From: Caecitellus pseudoparvulus
Taxonomy: Eukaryota > Protista > Bigyra: Bicosoecida
Direction: 5' to 3'
Assembly (NCBI GenBank): GCA_965644315.1
Contig: CBFFRQ010000069.1
Location: forward strand, 1,116,001 to 1,180,000
Length of the DNA stretch: 64,000 nucleotides
Both the position numbers and the translations under genes were made by a program. The notes beneath the pieces were generated by a model that saw only the letters and a program-made list of their open reading frames with translations, searched no databases and had not been told where the DNA came from. This document shows positions 18,995-27,964 of this stretch, in pieces (position 1 is the first letter of the stretch; every line of letters starts with the position of its first letter).

Positions 18995-20152
18995 ATGGAT
19001 GTTTCTGAGCAGCTGGAGGTGTTGCAAGCGGCAGTTGTTGCATTCAGCGCTGAAATTTCTCAGATTCTTGAGCTCACACATGCTCTGCAAGGGTGCCATG
19101 GCTGGTCAGTAGCCATGGTGAGCAGTGGCCTTCCTGCTGCAGTCCACGTTGTGCAGGTGAGAGAGTTCATCGCCTTGCTTGGTGTGTAGCACACGCATGC
19201 AGCTTGGCGCCGATTCTTTCGACAGAGTATAAGAGATCTCATGCATTCCATGCACTCAGTGCAGCACCATATCGATTCCCACAGCCTTGAAGCATCCGGG
19301 GATGAGGGAGAAGACTTCTTAGCGTCAGCTGTTGATGCTGTGGCAGGCAGCCGTGCGAAGCTCCAGGAAGCTACCACTGCTGCCCGTTGCATATGTGCCG
19401 CGGCCCCAACATCTCAAGCAGCGCACCTTTCATCAGCTTGTGCTCTCCCAAGTGACTTGCCTTGCTTCTCCCTCGTTCGTCCACTTCAGGCAAGGCAGGT
19501 GGCCGGGTCAATCTCCATGCTCGCAGCGTACCCTGCGACCCGGCCGCTTGCAAGGGCATTTAATGAGCTCAGGGAGGAAGGCATGTCACTCTTAAGGCTC
19601 CATAAAACAACCGCTGGATGGTCAGGTGCTGTTGCCTGCAATCAGCTTGTCCCTGCGGCGTTGGCTCTCTCTCCGACTCCAAGTGCCCAACAGCCAAGTG
19701 AGGTGGGGGAATCGAAGACTCTCGAGGTGCTTCTCGGAATCCAAGGAGGAAAGCCATGCTCGAGTGAATGGAGGGTAAAACACCCAGTGGCATTGGAGCG
19801 CATGCAGCTATTTTATGGGGCGAATGAGGATGGCGCTGAGCTGGCGAGTCATGACGCTCTGAGAGCTGCAGAGGACGCTGTCTTGTCTGAGGAGCTCTCT
19901 GGCCTTGCAGCATCATTAAAGGAGGCTTCTCTGTCTCTGCAGCTGACGTTGCAAGGCGACATGGCTGTTCTGGACAGCACAGAGCGCGCGATCCAAGGAA
20001 ACCTCGCCTCCATTTCCACCACCTCAACGGAGCTGGCCGCCCAGAGCGCGGGTGCCACCTTTACTTTCTTTGGAACGCTGCTCCTCCTAGGCGCTTGTGG
20101 AATTATGTTTGTGGCAACCTACCTTGCCATTCGGTTCCTTCCCAAGGTATGA
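18995..20152 (+). CDS. USE1: USE1-like ER Qc-SNARE (vesicle transport protein), 2 exons, ~362 aa
   Basis: Exons 18995-19156 and 19226-20152. A phase-0 intron 19157-19225 (GTGAGA...GACAG) removes an in-frame TAG. C-terminal SNARE-like helix LSEELSGLAASLKEASL...QGDMAVLDSTERAIQGNL plus tail-anchor TM ending IRFLPKV, typical of Use1. Confidence 0.75.
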
Positions 20153-20165
20153 GGTAGTCTGGAAT

Positions 20166-22590
20166 TCATTTGAATGTTCCTGTCGCAGGCGCGGAGGCAC
20201 CTGTGACTGGCACGGGGTCGAACCCCATCGCAACCCTGTACTTCCTCCGCTCAGTATTCGTGAGCTTGTCACTGAGCCAGTTCCCGCTCGACGTGCGCTC
20301 ACGAAACCGCTTGCGCTTGTTGCCATCAAAGATTCGCTCCAAGTCGCACGTGCTAATTTCAGCGAAGATCAAGTCAGGATCCGGCCCCCCAGTGCCGTAT
20401 TGAGCATGAAGGGAAGACTCCAAGTTCTTACCGCGCGCCCAGTCTGGAATGTGTTTCTTTTGTTTAACTTCGTCTTCGTCATCAGAGCTCTCCTCCTTGT
20501 CGCTCATGACATAGTTCGCCTCAGCTTGAGTCGCACTCACCGCCGGCACTGGAGGCTGAGGAGGTGGTACCTCCACTGCGGGCTGCCCCTGGTGAGCGGG
20601 TTCAGCTTGAGCAGGCGGGTGGCATACAGCGCTCGGGAGTTGCGGAAAAGATGGGGCTGCAGCTGACAAAGGGGCTGACGGAGGTGGGGCTGCCAGGGCG
20701 CCCAGTCCACTTGCTGTAGGTGCCGGCTCAGCCCCCACTTTCTGCATCTGCGCATGCGTGCCGTGTGAGGCTGGTCCCACCTGTGCAGCAGCAAGGGCCA
20801 CTTCTGAGACCGTGGAAGCTGTAGAGCTTGCAGCGGACGACGCGCTCTCAACAGATTCATGCGCGCCACTGCCTTGCTGCCGAGGCGGGCCCACCTCAGT
20901 CCTCGCAGGGTCAGCTGGCTGAGCTTCAAGAGCAGTCGCTGCAGACGGTCTGATGCTGGGTGCTGCCTCACGTGCAGTGCTGGGAGGCGCAGGGGATGAC
21001 TTGGCCTGGCCGCTGCGTTCTGCAGCTGCAGCTCGAGCTTTTTGCTTTGCCAGCCATTCACGCTCTCGAGCCCGCGCACGCTCACGAGCCGCCTTCGCAG
21101 CCGCCATAATTTGCTCCTCTTCACTCAACTCAGCTGATGCTGGTGCTGGGGGGTGCTGAGTTGCGGCTTCAGACTCTGTGGTTGCAACAGGCAGTGCTGC
21201 TGCCCCAGATTGAGTGCCTAAGTCCCCACTCTCCCCCACGTGGGTGGGACAACTTCGGGCATCCTCTTGAACGGTGGGCTTCTCCACTGATGGCGGCGGC
21301 GTCGTTCTGTGCCCCTTGAGCGCAGCTGAGATGGAGTCTTTGGACACAGAACTGACATCGGCCACAGGGCTGCTGGCAGCAGGTGCCCGCTCAGCAGAGT
21401 CAGAAGTGCGGATAGCTTCGCCTACGTCAGCCGAGGCTTCAGGTTTGGGTTCAGGCTCGGCTTCGGCCTCCGCATCAGCCTCTGGTGGCATGACCAAATC
21501 AATGCCTGCCTGAGATGAGGCGTGCGATGCAGGTGAATCCATGGTTTGTGCAGCTTCGGGAAGTGGCTTCGGAGGTGACGTGCTTTCAGGAGCTGCCGCC
21601 GGGATAGGTTGACCTGCAGAGTCACTATGTGCAGGCGCCTCTGGCTTCTTCAAGCAGGCATGCTCTGCATCTTCCTCCCGAGGCGATACTGTGTAGTCTG
21701 TTGTCTGGGCAGCCACTGGTTCATCAACTTCTTCAGGTGCTGGCTGCCCTGCGCTGGACGCAGGCGAGGCAGCAACTTGGCTGGACTGCTTGGCAGTCTC
21801 CCAACGCTTGCGGGCATCTTGGACCAGTGCTGCGCGAAGTCGTGCAATGAGTTCTTTCTTAACCCCCCCCTTCACCAAGCCACGTTTGCCGAGCTCTTTG
21901 CGGAGCTGCACCACCTTCAGGCCTGCTGGGTCGAACTCCAGCTCCAGCTCGTCATCGCCTGGCACCTGAACACTCGCTTCACTCGCTGCATCAGATGAGC
22001 AGCTTCGCTTCCTCGCTTTGTTGCGCGAATTCCCGTCCTTGGCGACTTCATTGGATTCCTGTGAGGGTAATGGGTGGCATGGTTGGCTTGCACCACTGGC
22101 ACAAGGACAAGCATGTCACGCACGGAATCCAGCGATGCCCTTTTCCCCCCTCCAACTGCACCGGAGACGTGAAAAACGTGGTAGTGAAGCAAAGGCAAGT
22201 TGATAGCAGCATGGTAATGCCTGTCTCACCGTTCTTGCTCACTGCTCCAGAGATCGACTGCGAAGAGAGGCGGGCGCCGTGCGCCCTTTGCGCGCTAACG
22301 GGCGGACAAAGCAACCTCACCACAGCATCAGACTCGACGTCAGACTCGGGTTCTACCCCAACTAGAATACTGTGAAGCAAAAATACATCGATTGAAGCAA
22401 CCTTTGGTCACTCGTTTGTCTTCAAAGGAACGTACGGAGTATGAAGCTCATGAATGGCGCGGAATTTGACCTTCACCCAGTCAGAGATACCCGCCGCGCT
22501 GGCATCTAGCTTTTCGCCGTACGAGTCACAAAGGCGATTGAGCTTGTTCACAAGTTGATCAAACGGAGTCTTGCTGTGGGGTGGCTCCAT
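20166..22590 (-). CDS. INCENP: INCENP (inner centromere protein) homolog with internal SAP domain and C-terminal IN-box, 5 exons, ~718 aa
   Basis: Proposed exons 22590-22436, 22369-22321, 22257-22230, 22155-22124, 22058-20166; all introns GT-AG, 63-74 nt, phases consistent. IN-box: SDKEESSDDEDE..IPDWARGKNL...DPDLIF...CDLERIF...RERTSSGNW (~20221-20516). SAP: LKVVQLRKELGKRGLVKGGVKKELIARL (~21824-21932). Confidence 0.85.
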
Positions 22591-22627
22591 CTTCACACGT
22601 TGAGCTCAAGCTCCGAGAACCTCGCAG

Positions 22628-22635
22628 TTTCGCGC
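22628..22635. promoter_or_regulatory. Possible E2F site TTTCGCGC, 38 bp upstream of the INCENP ATG
   Basis: Exact match to TTTSSCGC upstream of a mitotic gene. A related TTTTGGCG lies on the minus strand about 10 bp away. An 8-mer can occur by chance. Confidence 0.35.
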
Positions 22636-22763
22636 AACGAAAACGCCAAAAGTGACACCTAGCGGATGGTGTGCCACGCAGCAGGTGCATCTGCGGCCAA
22701 GGAGGCTTCCTTCCAGGCTGAGCAAGGACGAAAAGGGTGTTTATTTTTGGGCGATAATCTGAT

Positions 22764-25715
22764 CTACCTCCTCCCCCTTTGACTCATGCCCCTCTCTTCC
22801 TCGATATCTCCAAGAAGCAGTGACACCTCCATGTCGCTTGTGCCTCCGCCAATGACCATGTGCCCTGCGGTGCTACCACGGCGCGAAGGACTTGCAGGAG
22901 TCTGAGCAGAGCCCTCTCCGCTCGCGCCTACATGCTTTACTTCAATCTTCAGCTCCGAGCCGGGCACAAAACTCCGCTCCGACACAGTTACGGACATGCC
23001 TTTCTTTGCTGCCAGCTCGTTGAGAAGTGGGCAAACCATGAGCTTCAGGCCAGCAGAGACAGCTTCTGAGGGGTTTTTCAAGGACAAGCAACGAGAAGAT
23101 TCGTCAATGGGAGAAGCAGCCTTGCGCAACCACCCCATCAGACGTGCCTGCTCCTTCTCCTCGGCTGTGATGAAGTTGATAATCTCCACGATTGGAGGGG
23201 AATCCAGCGATATGGAACCCGATAGCGGGGCACTGTCGAGGGAGATGACATTCCACTCGAGCTTGGACTCTGCAATGTCAAGTCTCTGCTGCAAGCTGGA
23301 CAGCGTATGCTCGAGTTCTGACACTTTGGTTGACTTGGCACTGAGCGCGATCTGAGCCTCGGTTTTTTCACTTTCGCAAGCTTCGATGAGCTGCATCGCA
23401 TCATCAAGTTGCTGCTGCTTAACTTTGGCCGAGTCCCTCAACTGCTCAAGTTCTTTCGAGTCCGCAGAGCAGGCTGCCATACATGTCGCCAAAGCTAAGC
23501 TTTGGCTCTCAAGCTCTGACTCACTTCCTCGCAACTTCGCTACCACAGCGGTCAACTTTGCCCGTACTTCGCCGAGAGACACACGTGCAGCATCACGTTG
23601 AGCCTCCGCCGCCTCCCGTGCAGCCGTCACACTGGCCACCTCCTCACGCAGACCAGACACCTCTGCCTCCGCCGCCTCCCGTGCAGTCGTCACACTGGCC
23701 ACCTCCTCGCGCAGACCAGACACCTCTGCCTCCGCCGCCTCCCGTGCAGCCGTCACACTGGCCACCTCCTCGCGCAGACCAGACACCTCTGCCTCCGCCG
23801 CCTCCCGTGCAGCCGTCACACTGGCCACCTCCTCGCGCAGACCAGACACCTCTGCCTCCGCCGCCTCCCGTGCAGCCGTCACACTGGCCACCTCCTCACG
23901 CAGACCAGACACCTCTGCCTCCGCCGCCTCCCGTGCAGCCGTCACACTGGCCACCTCCTCGCGCAGACCAGACACCTCTGCCTCCGCCGCCTCCCGTGCA
24001 GCCGTCACACTGGCCACCTCCTCGCGCAGACCAGACACCTCTGCCTCCGCCGCCTCCCGTGCAGCCGTCACACTGGCCACCTCCTCGCGCAGACCAGACA
24101 CCTCTGCCTCCGCCGCCTCCCGTGCAGCCGTCACACTGGCCACCTCCTCACGCAGACCAGACACCTCTGCCTCCGCCGCCTCCCGTGCAGCCGTCACACT
24201 GGCCACCTCCTCGCGCAGACCAGACACCTCTGCCTCCGCCGCCTCCCGTGCAGCCGTCACACTGGCCACCTCCTCGCGCAGACCAGACACCTCTGCCTCC
24301 GCCGCCTCCCGTGCAGTCGTCACACTGGCCACCTCCTCGCGCAGACCAGACACCTCTGCCTCCGCCGCCTCCCGTGCAGCCGTCACACTGGCCACCTCCT
24401 CGCGCAGACCAGACACCTCTGCCTCCGCCGCCTCCCGTGCAGCCGTCACACTGGCCACCTCCTCACGCAGACCAGACACCTCTGCCTCCGCCGCCTCCCG
24501 TGCAGCCGTCACACTGGCCACCTCCTCGCGCAGACCAGACACCTCTGCCTCCGCCGCCTCCCGTGCAGTCGTCACACTGGCCACCTCCTCGCGCAGACCA
24601 GACACCTCTGCCTCCGCCGCCTCCCGTGCAGCCGTCACACTGGCCACCTCCTCACGCAGACCAGACACCTCTGCCTCCGCCGCCTCCCGTGCAGCCGTCA
24701 CACTGGCCACCTCCTCACGCAGACCAGACACCTCTGCCTCCGCCGCCTCCCGTGCAGTCGTCACACTGGCCACCTCCTCACGCAGACCAGACACCTCTGC
24801 CTCCGCCGCCTCCCGTGCAGCCGTCACACTGGCCACCTCCTCACGCAGACCAGACACCTCTGCCTCCGCCGCCTCCCGTGCAGTCGTCACACTGGCCACC
24901 TCTCCATATTGACCGGGCACAGTTCCATCAATTTGCTCGTTCGGTTTCGTTGACGTCGCAGTGCCGATCTCGGATACCGCGCTCAAACCATCACTGGCTG
25001 GCATGGCAGCAGCTTCTAGCTCAGAAATCCGTGAGCGAGCTTGGGCTAGATCGTGCTGGAGCGATCTGAGTTGCTGGCTGCTTGTTTCAGCATCGAGCAC
25101 GCTCTCTGCTGCTGTACAGGTAGTGGGGTGCGCACCTTCCCCACGGGATTCTGCCATGCCCGGCGTTTCTACTGAAGCAGTAGACGCTGCGCGGAGAGAC
25201 TCCAGCTCAGACTCTAAGCGGGAAATTTCCTCATGCTGAAGTGTCTTGACAGCCTCCACCTCTCGTCGAATCTGCGCTTCGTGCTCAGCGCTAGCAGAGG
25301 CAAGCTGTGCCTCGTACTTTTCTCGACAAGCTTGCACAGCAGATTTTTTCGACTCAGCTTGGCTGCCCAAGGCCCTTTCTGTATCTGCGAGCCGCTGCTG
25401 AAGCTCCTCCACCGCTTGGTGTGAAGTGTGGCTGCGCCAGCGCACGAATGCTTGGCGGATGGAATCGAGCCTTCGTCGACGACGCCCTGTCCGTTCCCAA
25501 AGCATCAAGTGAGACAGTAGCACTTTCAAACTAGGTTTACCATTTCGGCTCCCTTGCGAGGAGAGATCGTCCATCCATTTTCGCGTCGCTGCCGTGCTTG
25601 GGAGCGGCGTTTCGCCGCTGGGGCTGAGGCTCCGCTGAAACGCCAACAGCGGGCCAAGCACAGCAGCATTGGAAACTGCTCCGATAAATGAAGCACTCAT
25701 GGCGGCTCTTTCCAT
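22764..25715 (-). CDS. Long coiled-coil protein (~980 aa) with 21 near-identical 21-aa repeats and a C-terminal unnamed globular domain
   Basis: Part of ORF 22764..26015. The likely start is ATG 25715 or 25700, because the further upstream part overlaps the 3' end of the SEC14 gene. The repeat EVASVT(A/T)AREAAEAEVSGLRE is flanked by heptad-rich helices. Confidence 0.8.
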   Translation of the reverse strand: MERAAMSASFIGAVSNAAVLGPLLAFQRSLSPSGETPLPSTAATRKWMDDLSSQGSRNGKPSLKVLLSHLMLWERTGRRRRRLDSIRQAFVRWRSHTSHQAVEELQQRLADTERALGSQAESKKSAVQACREKYEAQLASASAEHEAQIRREVEAVKTLQHEEISRLESELESLRAASTASVETPGMAESRGEGAHPTTCTAAESVLDAETSSQQLRSLQHDLAQARSRISELEAAAMPASDGLSAVSEIGTATSTKPNEQIDGTVPGQYGEVASVTTAREAAEAEVSGLREEVASVTAAREAAEAEVSGLREEVASVTTAREAAEAEVSGLREEVASVTAAREAAEAEVSGLREEVASVTAAREAAEAEVSGLREEVASVTTAREAAEAEVSGLREEVASVTAAREAAEAEVSGLREEVASVTAAREAAEAEVSGLREEVASVTAAREAAEAEVSGLREEVASVTTAREAAEAEVSGLREEVASVTAAREAAEAEVSGLREEVASVTAAREAAEAEVSGLREEVASVTAAREAAEAEVSGLREEVASVTAAREAAEAEVSGLREEVASVTAAREAAEAEVSGLREEVASVTAAREAAEAEVSGLREEVASVTAAREAAEAEVSGLREEVASVTAAREAAEAEVSGLREEVASVTAAREAAEAEVSGLREEVASVTTAREAAEAEVSGLREEVASVTAAREAAEAQRDAARVSLGEVRAKLTAVVAKLRGSESELESQSLALATCMAACSADSKELEQLRDSAKVKQQQLDDAMQLIEACESEKTEAQIALSAKSTKVSELEHTLSSLQQRLDIAESKLEWNVISLDSAPLSGSISLDSPPIVEIINFITAEEKEQARLMGWLRKAASPIDESSRCLSLKNPSEAVSAGLKLMVCPLLNELAAKKGMSVTVSERSFVPGSELKIEVKHVGASGEGSAQTPASPSRRGSTAGHMVIGGGTSDMEVSLLLGDIEEERGMSQRGRR
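23602..24903. repeat. Coding minisatellite: ~20.7 copies of a 63-bp unit
   Basis: Unit gcctccgccgcctcccgtgcag(c/t)cgtcacactggccacctcctc(g/a)cgcagaccagacacctct, with only two variable positions. Confidence 0.97.
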
Positions 25716-25861
25716 ACACTGGGCATCAATTGGGGTCAAGCTGTGGTGAAATGTGTGGTAGGTGCACTCACAACATGCATTCACGTAGAATCCCACGCAG
25801 CTTTTCGAAGGCAAAGCTGGCGCGTCGCGCCAGGCATCAAGCACGCCAGTAATCTGAAAGA

Positions 25862-27724
25862 CTACCTGTGGGGAACAGTTTTCGCTTTGCTTGCTGCCCG
25901 GGCAGAGATCCACTGGGGCTGCATCGACAGGCTCTCTGCCATGCCATCCTTGGACCAAACTGTCAGGCGCCTGGCAATCACTTTCGACTTCATCCAAGAG
26001 TAAGCATTGCTCCACCGTAGAACAACCACATGGGCGCCCTTTCCCTCGGGCCTCACAAAGTGAGAGGTTTTGGGAGAGTCTTCTGCGACGGTGGGCGCTG
26101 CAGCTCCAGCACCTGCAGCTGCAGGAGGAGTGGCTTGCTCTGCGCTAGGAGGCTCAGCGCTGCCAGAGGGGGCCTCAGGTTCTGCTTCAGAAGCCTGCGG
26201 CTGCAGCGAAGTCGTCACATTCGGCCGGGGTGGACTTGCTGACCAGTATGCGCCCAAACGCGGAACTGCCCACGTGGAGCTGCTGTTGTACCTGACACTT
26301 GGCAGGCTGGCCTCCACCGGGTAGTGGCTCTTTGCCTGCTTCACACGCCCAGCTGACTGGATGCAGTGCCATGCTTCTGTGGGTGTGTGTTTGAAGGACT
26401 TGGCTCTCAGCGATTGAAAGCCGTAGACCTCGCTGGCTCCGCTGAACGGTACTTCATGGCCTAAGACGGCCGACTCTGTGCTTCCATCGTCATACATACT
26501 TGCTTTGACGCGCACCACAGCGTACCCTGTTTGCGAGTCGCCCACTGGTGGAGACACATCACACTCAGCGGGCAGGCCAGCCCGCAGCGCCTCAGAGGGT
26601 GGAAGCAGGTATGCACTGAACTCAACGTCCCGGCTGTCCGACACGCTGAACTCCCAAGACAAAGCTTCGCCTTCTGCAAGTACGACTGCGAGCTCACAAA
26701 CTCGCCCTGCGGCCAACTCGATGGTCTCACCTTCTGAACCAAAGCCAGCTGCAAAGTGGGGTGGCAATACTCCACCCAAGTGGATGCCGTGGTCTGTTGT
26801 GCTGCCGCCAAGCACATCAGGCAGAGAGGCAACGTCGATGCCCTTGGCCTCAAGAGCAGCGGAAAACTTGCTCCCATGAATGGAAATTTTGTTCCGCGTT
26901 CCTTCGTCCAAGAAAACAGACACGATGGCCCAGATGCCGGTGAAGAAAGCAGGTGCGTTCACCAGGCTAACAGTGCGGACAACTTCAGGATAGTTGTCTT
27001 CCTCAAGCCTTACACGCTTCTGGATGGCGGCATACACTGCAGGGGTCGCATGCCTCATGGCCAAACCGGCCATGTCCACAATGCAGTTCATCTTGTGGCG
27101 GCTTGTGCCATCAGCAGCACGGCAACTGCGCATGAACTCCTCTTGGCACTCATGATACCAACACACGTATCGCAGAAAGTCCTCCTCCCCGAGAGCATCG
27201 AACACTGGGGCAATATCAGTTCTACCCGTGAACTCGAGAAGGACCGGGAAACCATCCTGCAGCACGGCCCGGCAGAGTCTCATCTTCAGCTAGACATGCA
27301 TGGTAGGCTCGGCAGACATACCTTGTCTCTCCCGAAGAAGCTGCTGGGGTAGTACTTACGGAGGACCTCAGGCTCCCAAAACCACTCCCTAACCGTGTCT
27401 GCTTTGAACTCCTGCGCCAAGCGAGTGCAGCGAGCGCTCCAGGCTCTGCTGAGTACGTGCGGAATTCGCACTCAAAGCTCATACCTTGCGCCATGTCAGT
27501 GCTTCGCGGTACTGCGCTTCGGCAGCATCCAGGTCCTTCTTCCTGGCGCAAATGAATCTATGCAGACACTGTGGGGACTTCCAGTACTCTGATGCCTCAA
27601 CATCGCCAGTGCGCTTGCGCAGCTGCTGGACCAGATCCCACTCCTCATCAGAGTGCACGAACGTCGCTCGCCCAGCAGCCTCGGCAGCGCTCGTTGCCGC
27701 AGGGCCTTCCTCTTTTGCCGCCAT
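25862..27724 (-). CDS. SEC14-like lipid-binding protein (CRAL-TRIO_N + CRAL-TRIO + GOLD), 3 exons, ~574 aa
   Basis: Exons 27724-27485, 27411-27322, 27256-25862 (introns GTATGA..GCAG 73 nt and GTATGT..GCAG 65 nt). Motifs LHRFICARKKDLDAA..WRK, FGRDKDGFPV, IVDMAGL, EDNYPEVVRTVSLVNAPAFF..IW..VSVFLDEGTRNKI, and GOLD end LRWSNAYSWMKSK. Confidence 0.9.
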
Positions 27725-27964
27725 GGTTGCCTAGCAAATTAGCTCTTGAGTTCCAGGCACGTGACGGACGGTTGCATCAATAGTGCCGGCGCGAACAGTG
27801 TGACCGACAGTCCCTAGAAATTTGACAGCTTGTGTGCACCGACGCTTGCAAGTTCAAAACCAATGTCCTCCACACCTCAGAGTGAGGCTGGCCCTGCAAG
27901 TTGCTTATGAGCACCTTGTGGTGAGCTGCTTCGGCACGAGGCTTCTTTCAACGCGACAGCAGAC
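27725..27964. promoter_or_regulatory. Putative bidirectional promoter (240 bp) between divergent SEC14-like and EMC1 genes
   Basis: Head-to-head start codons at 27724 (-) and 27965 (+). No specific motif identified. Confidence 0.5.

Noticed and set aside
23602-24903. Possible CRISPR array
   Set aside because: Head-to-tail tandem units with no unique spacers, inside a CDS, no cas genes, eukaryotic context.
23483-25069. 528-aa extensin-like Pro-rich ORF and 451-aa Cys/His/Arg repeat ORF (23598..24953) on the + strand
   Set aside because: Shadow frames of the stop-free 63-bp repeat. Only the - strand frame extends far into meaningful unique coding sequence on both sides.
25716-26015. N-terminal extension of the 1083-aa ORF
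   Set aside because: Non-ATG start that overlaps the SEC14-like CDS end on the same strand. ATG 25715 or 25700 is more plausible.
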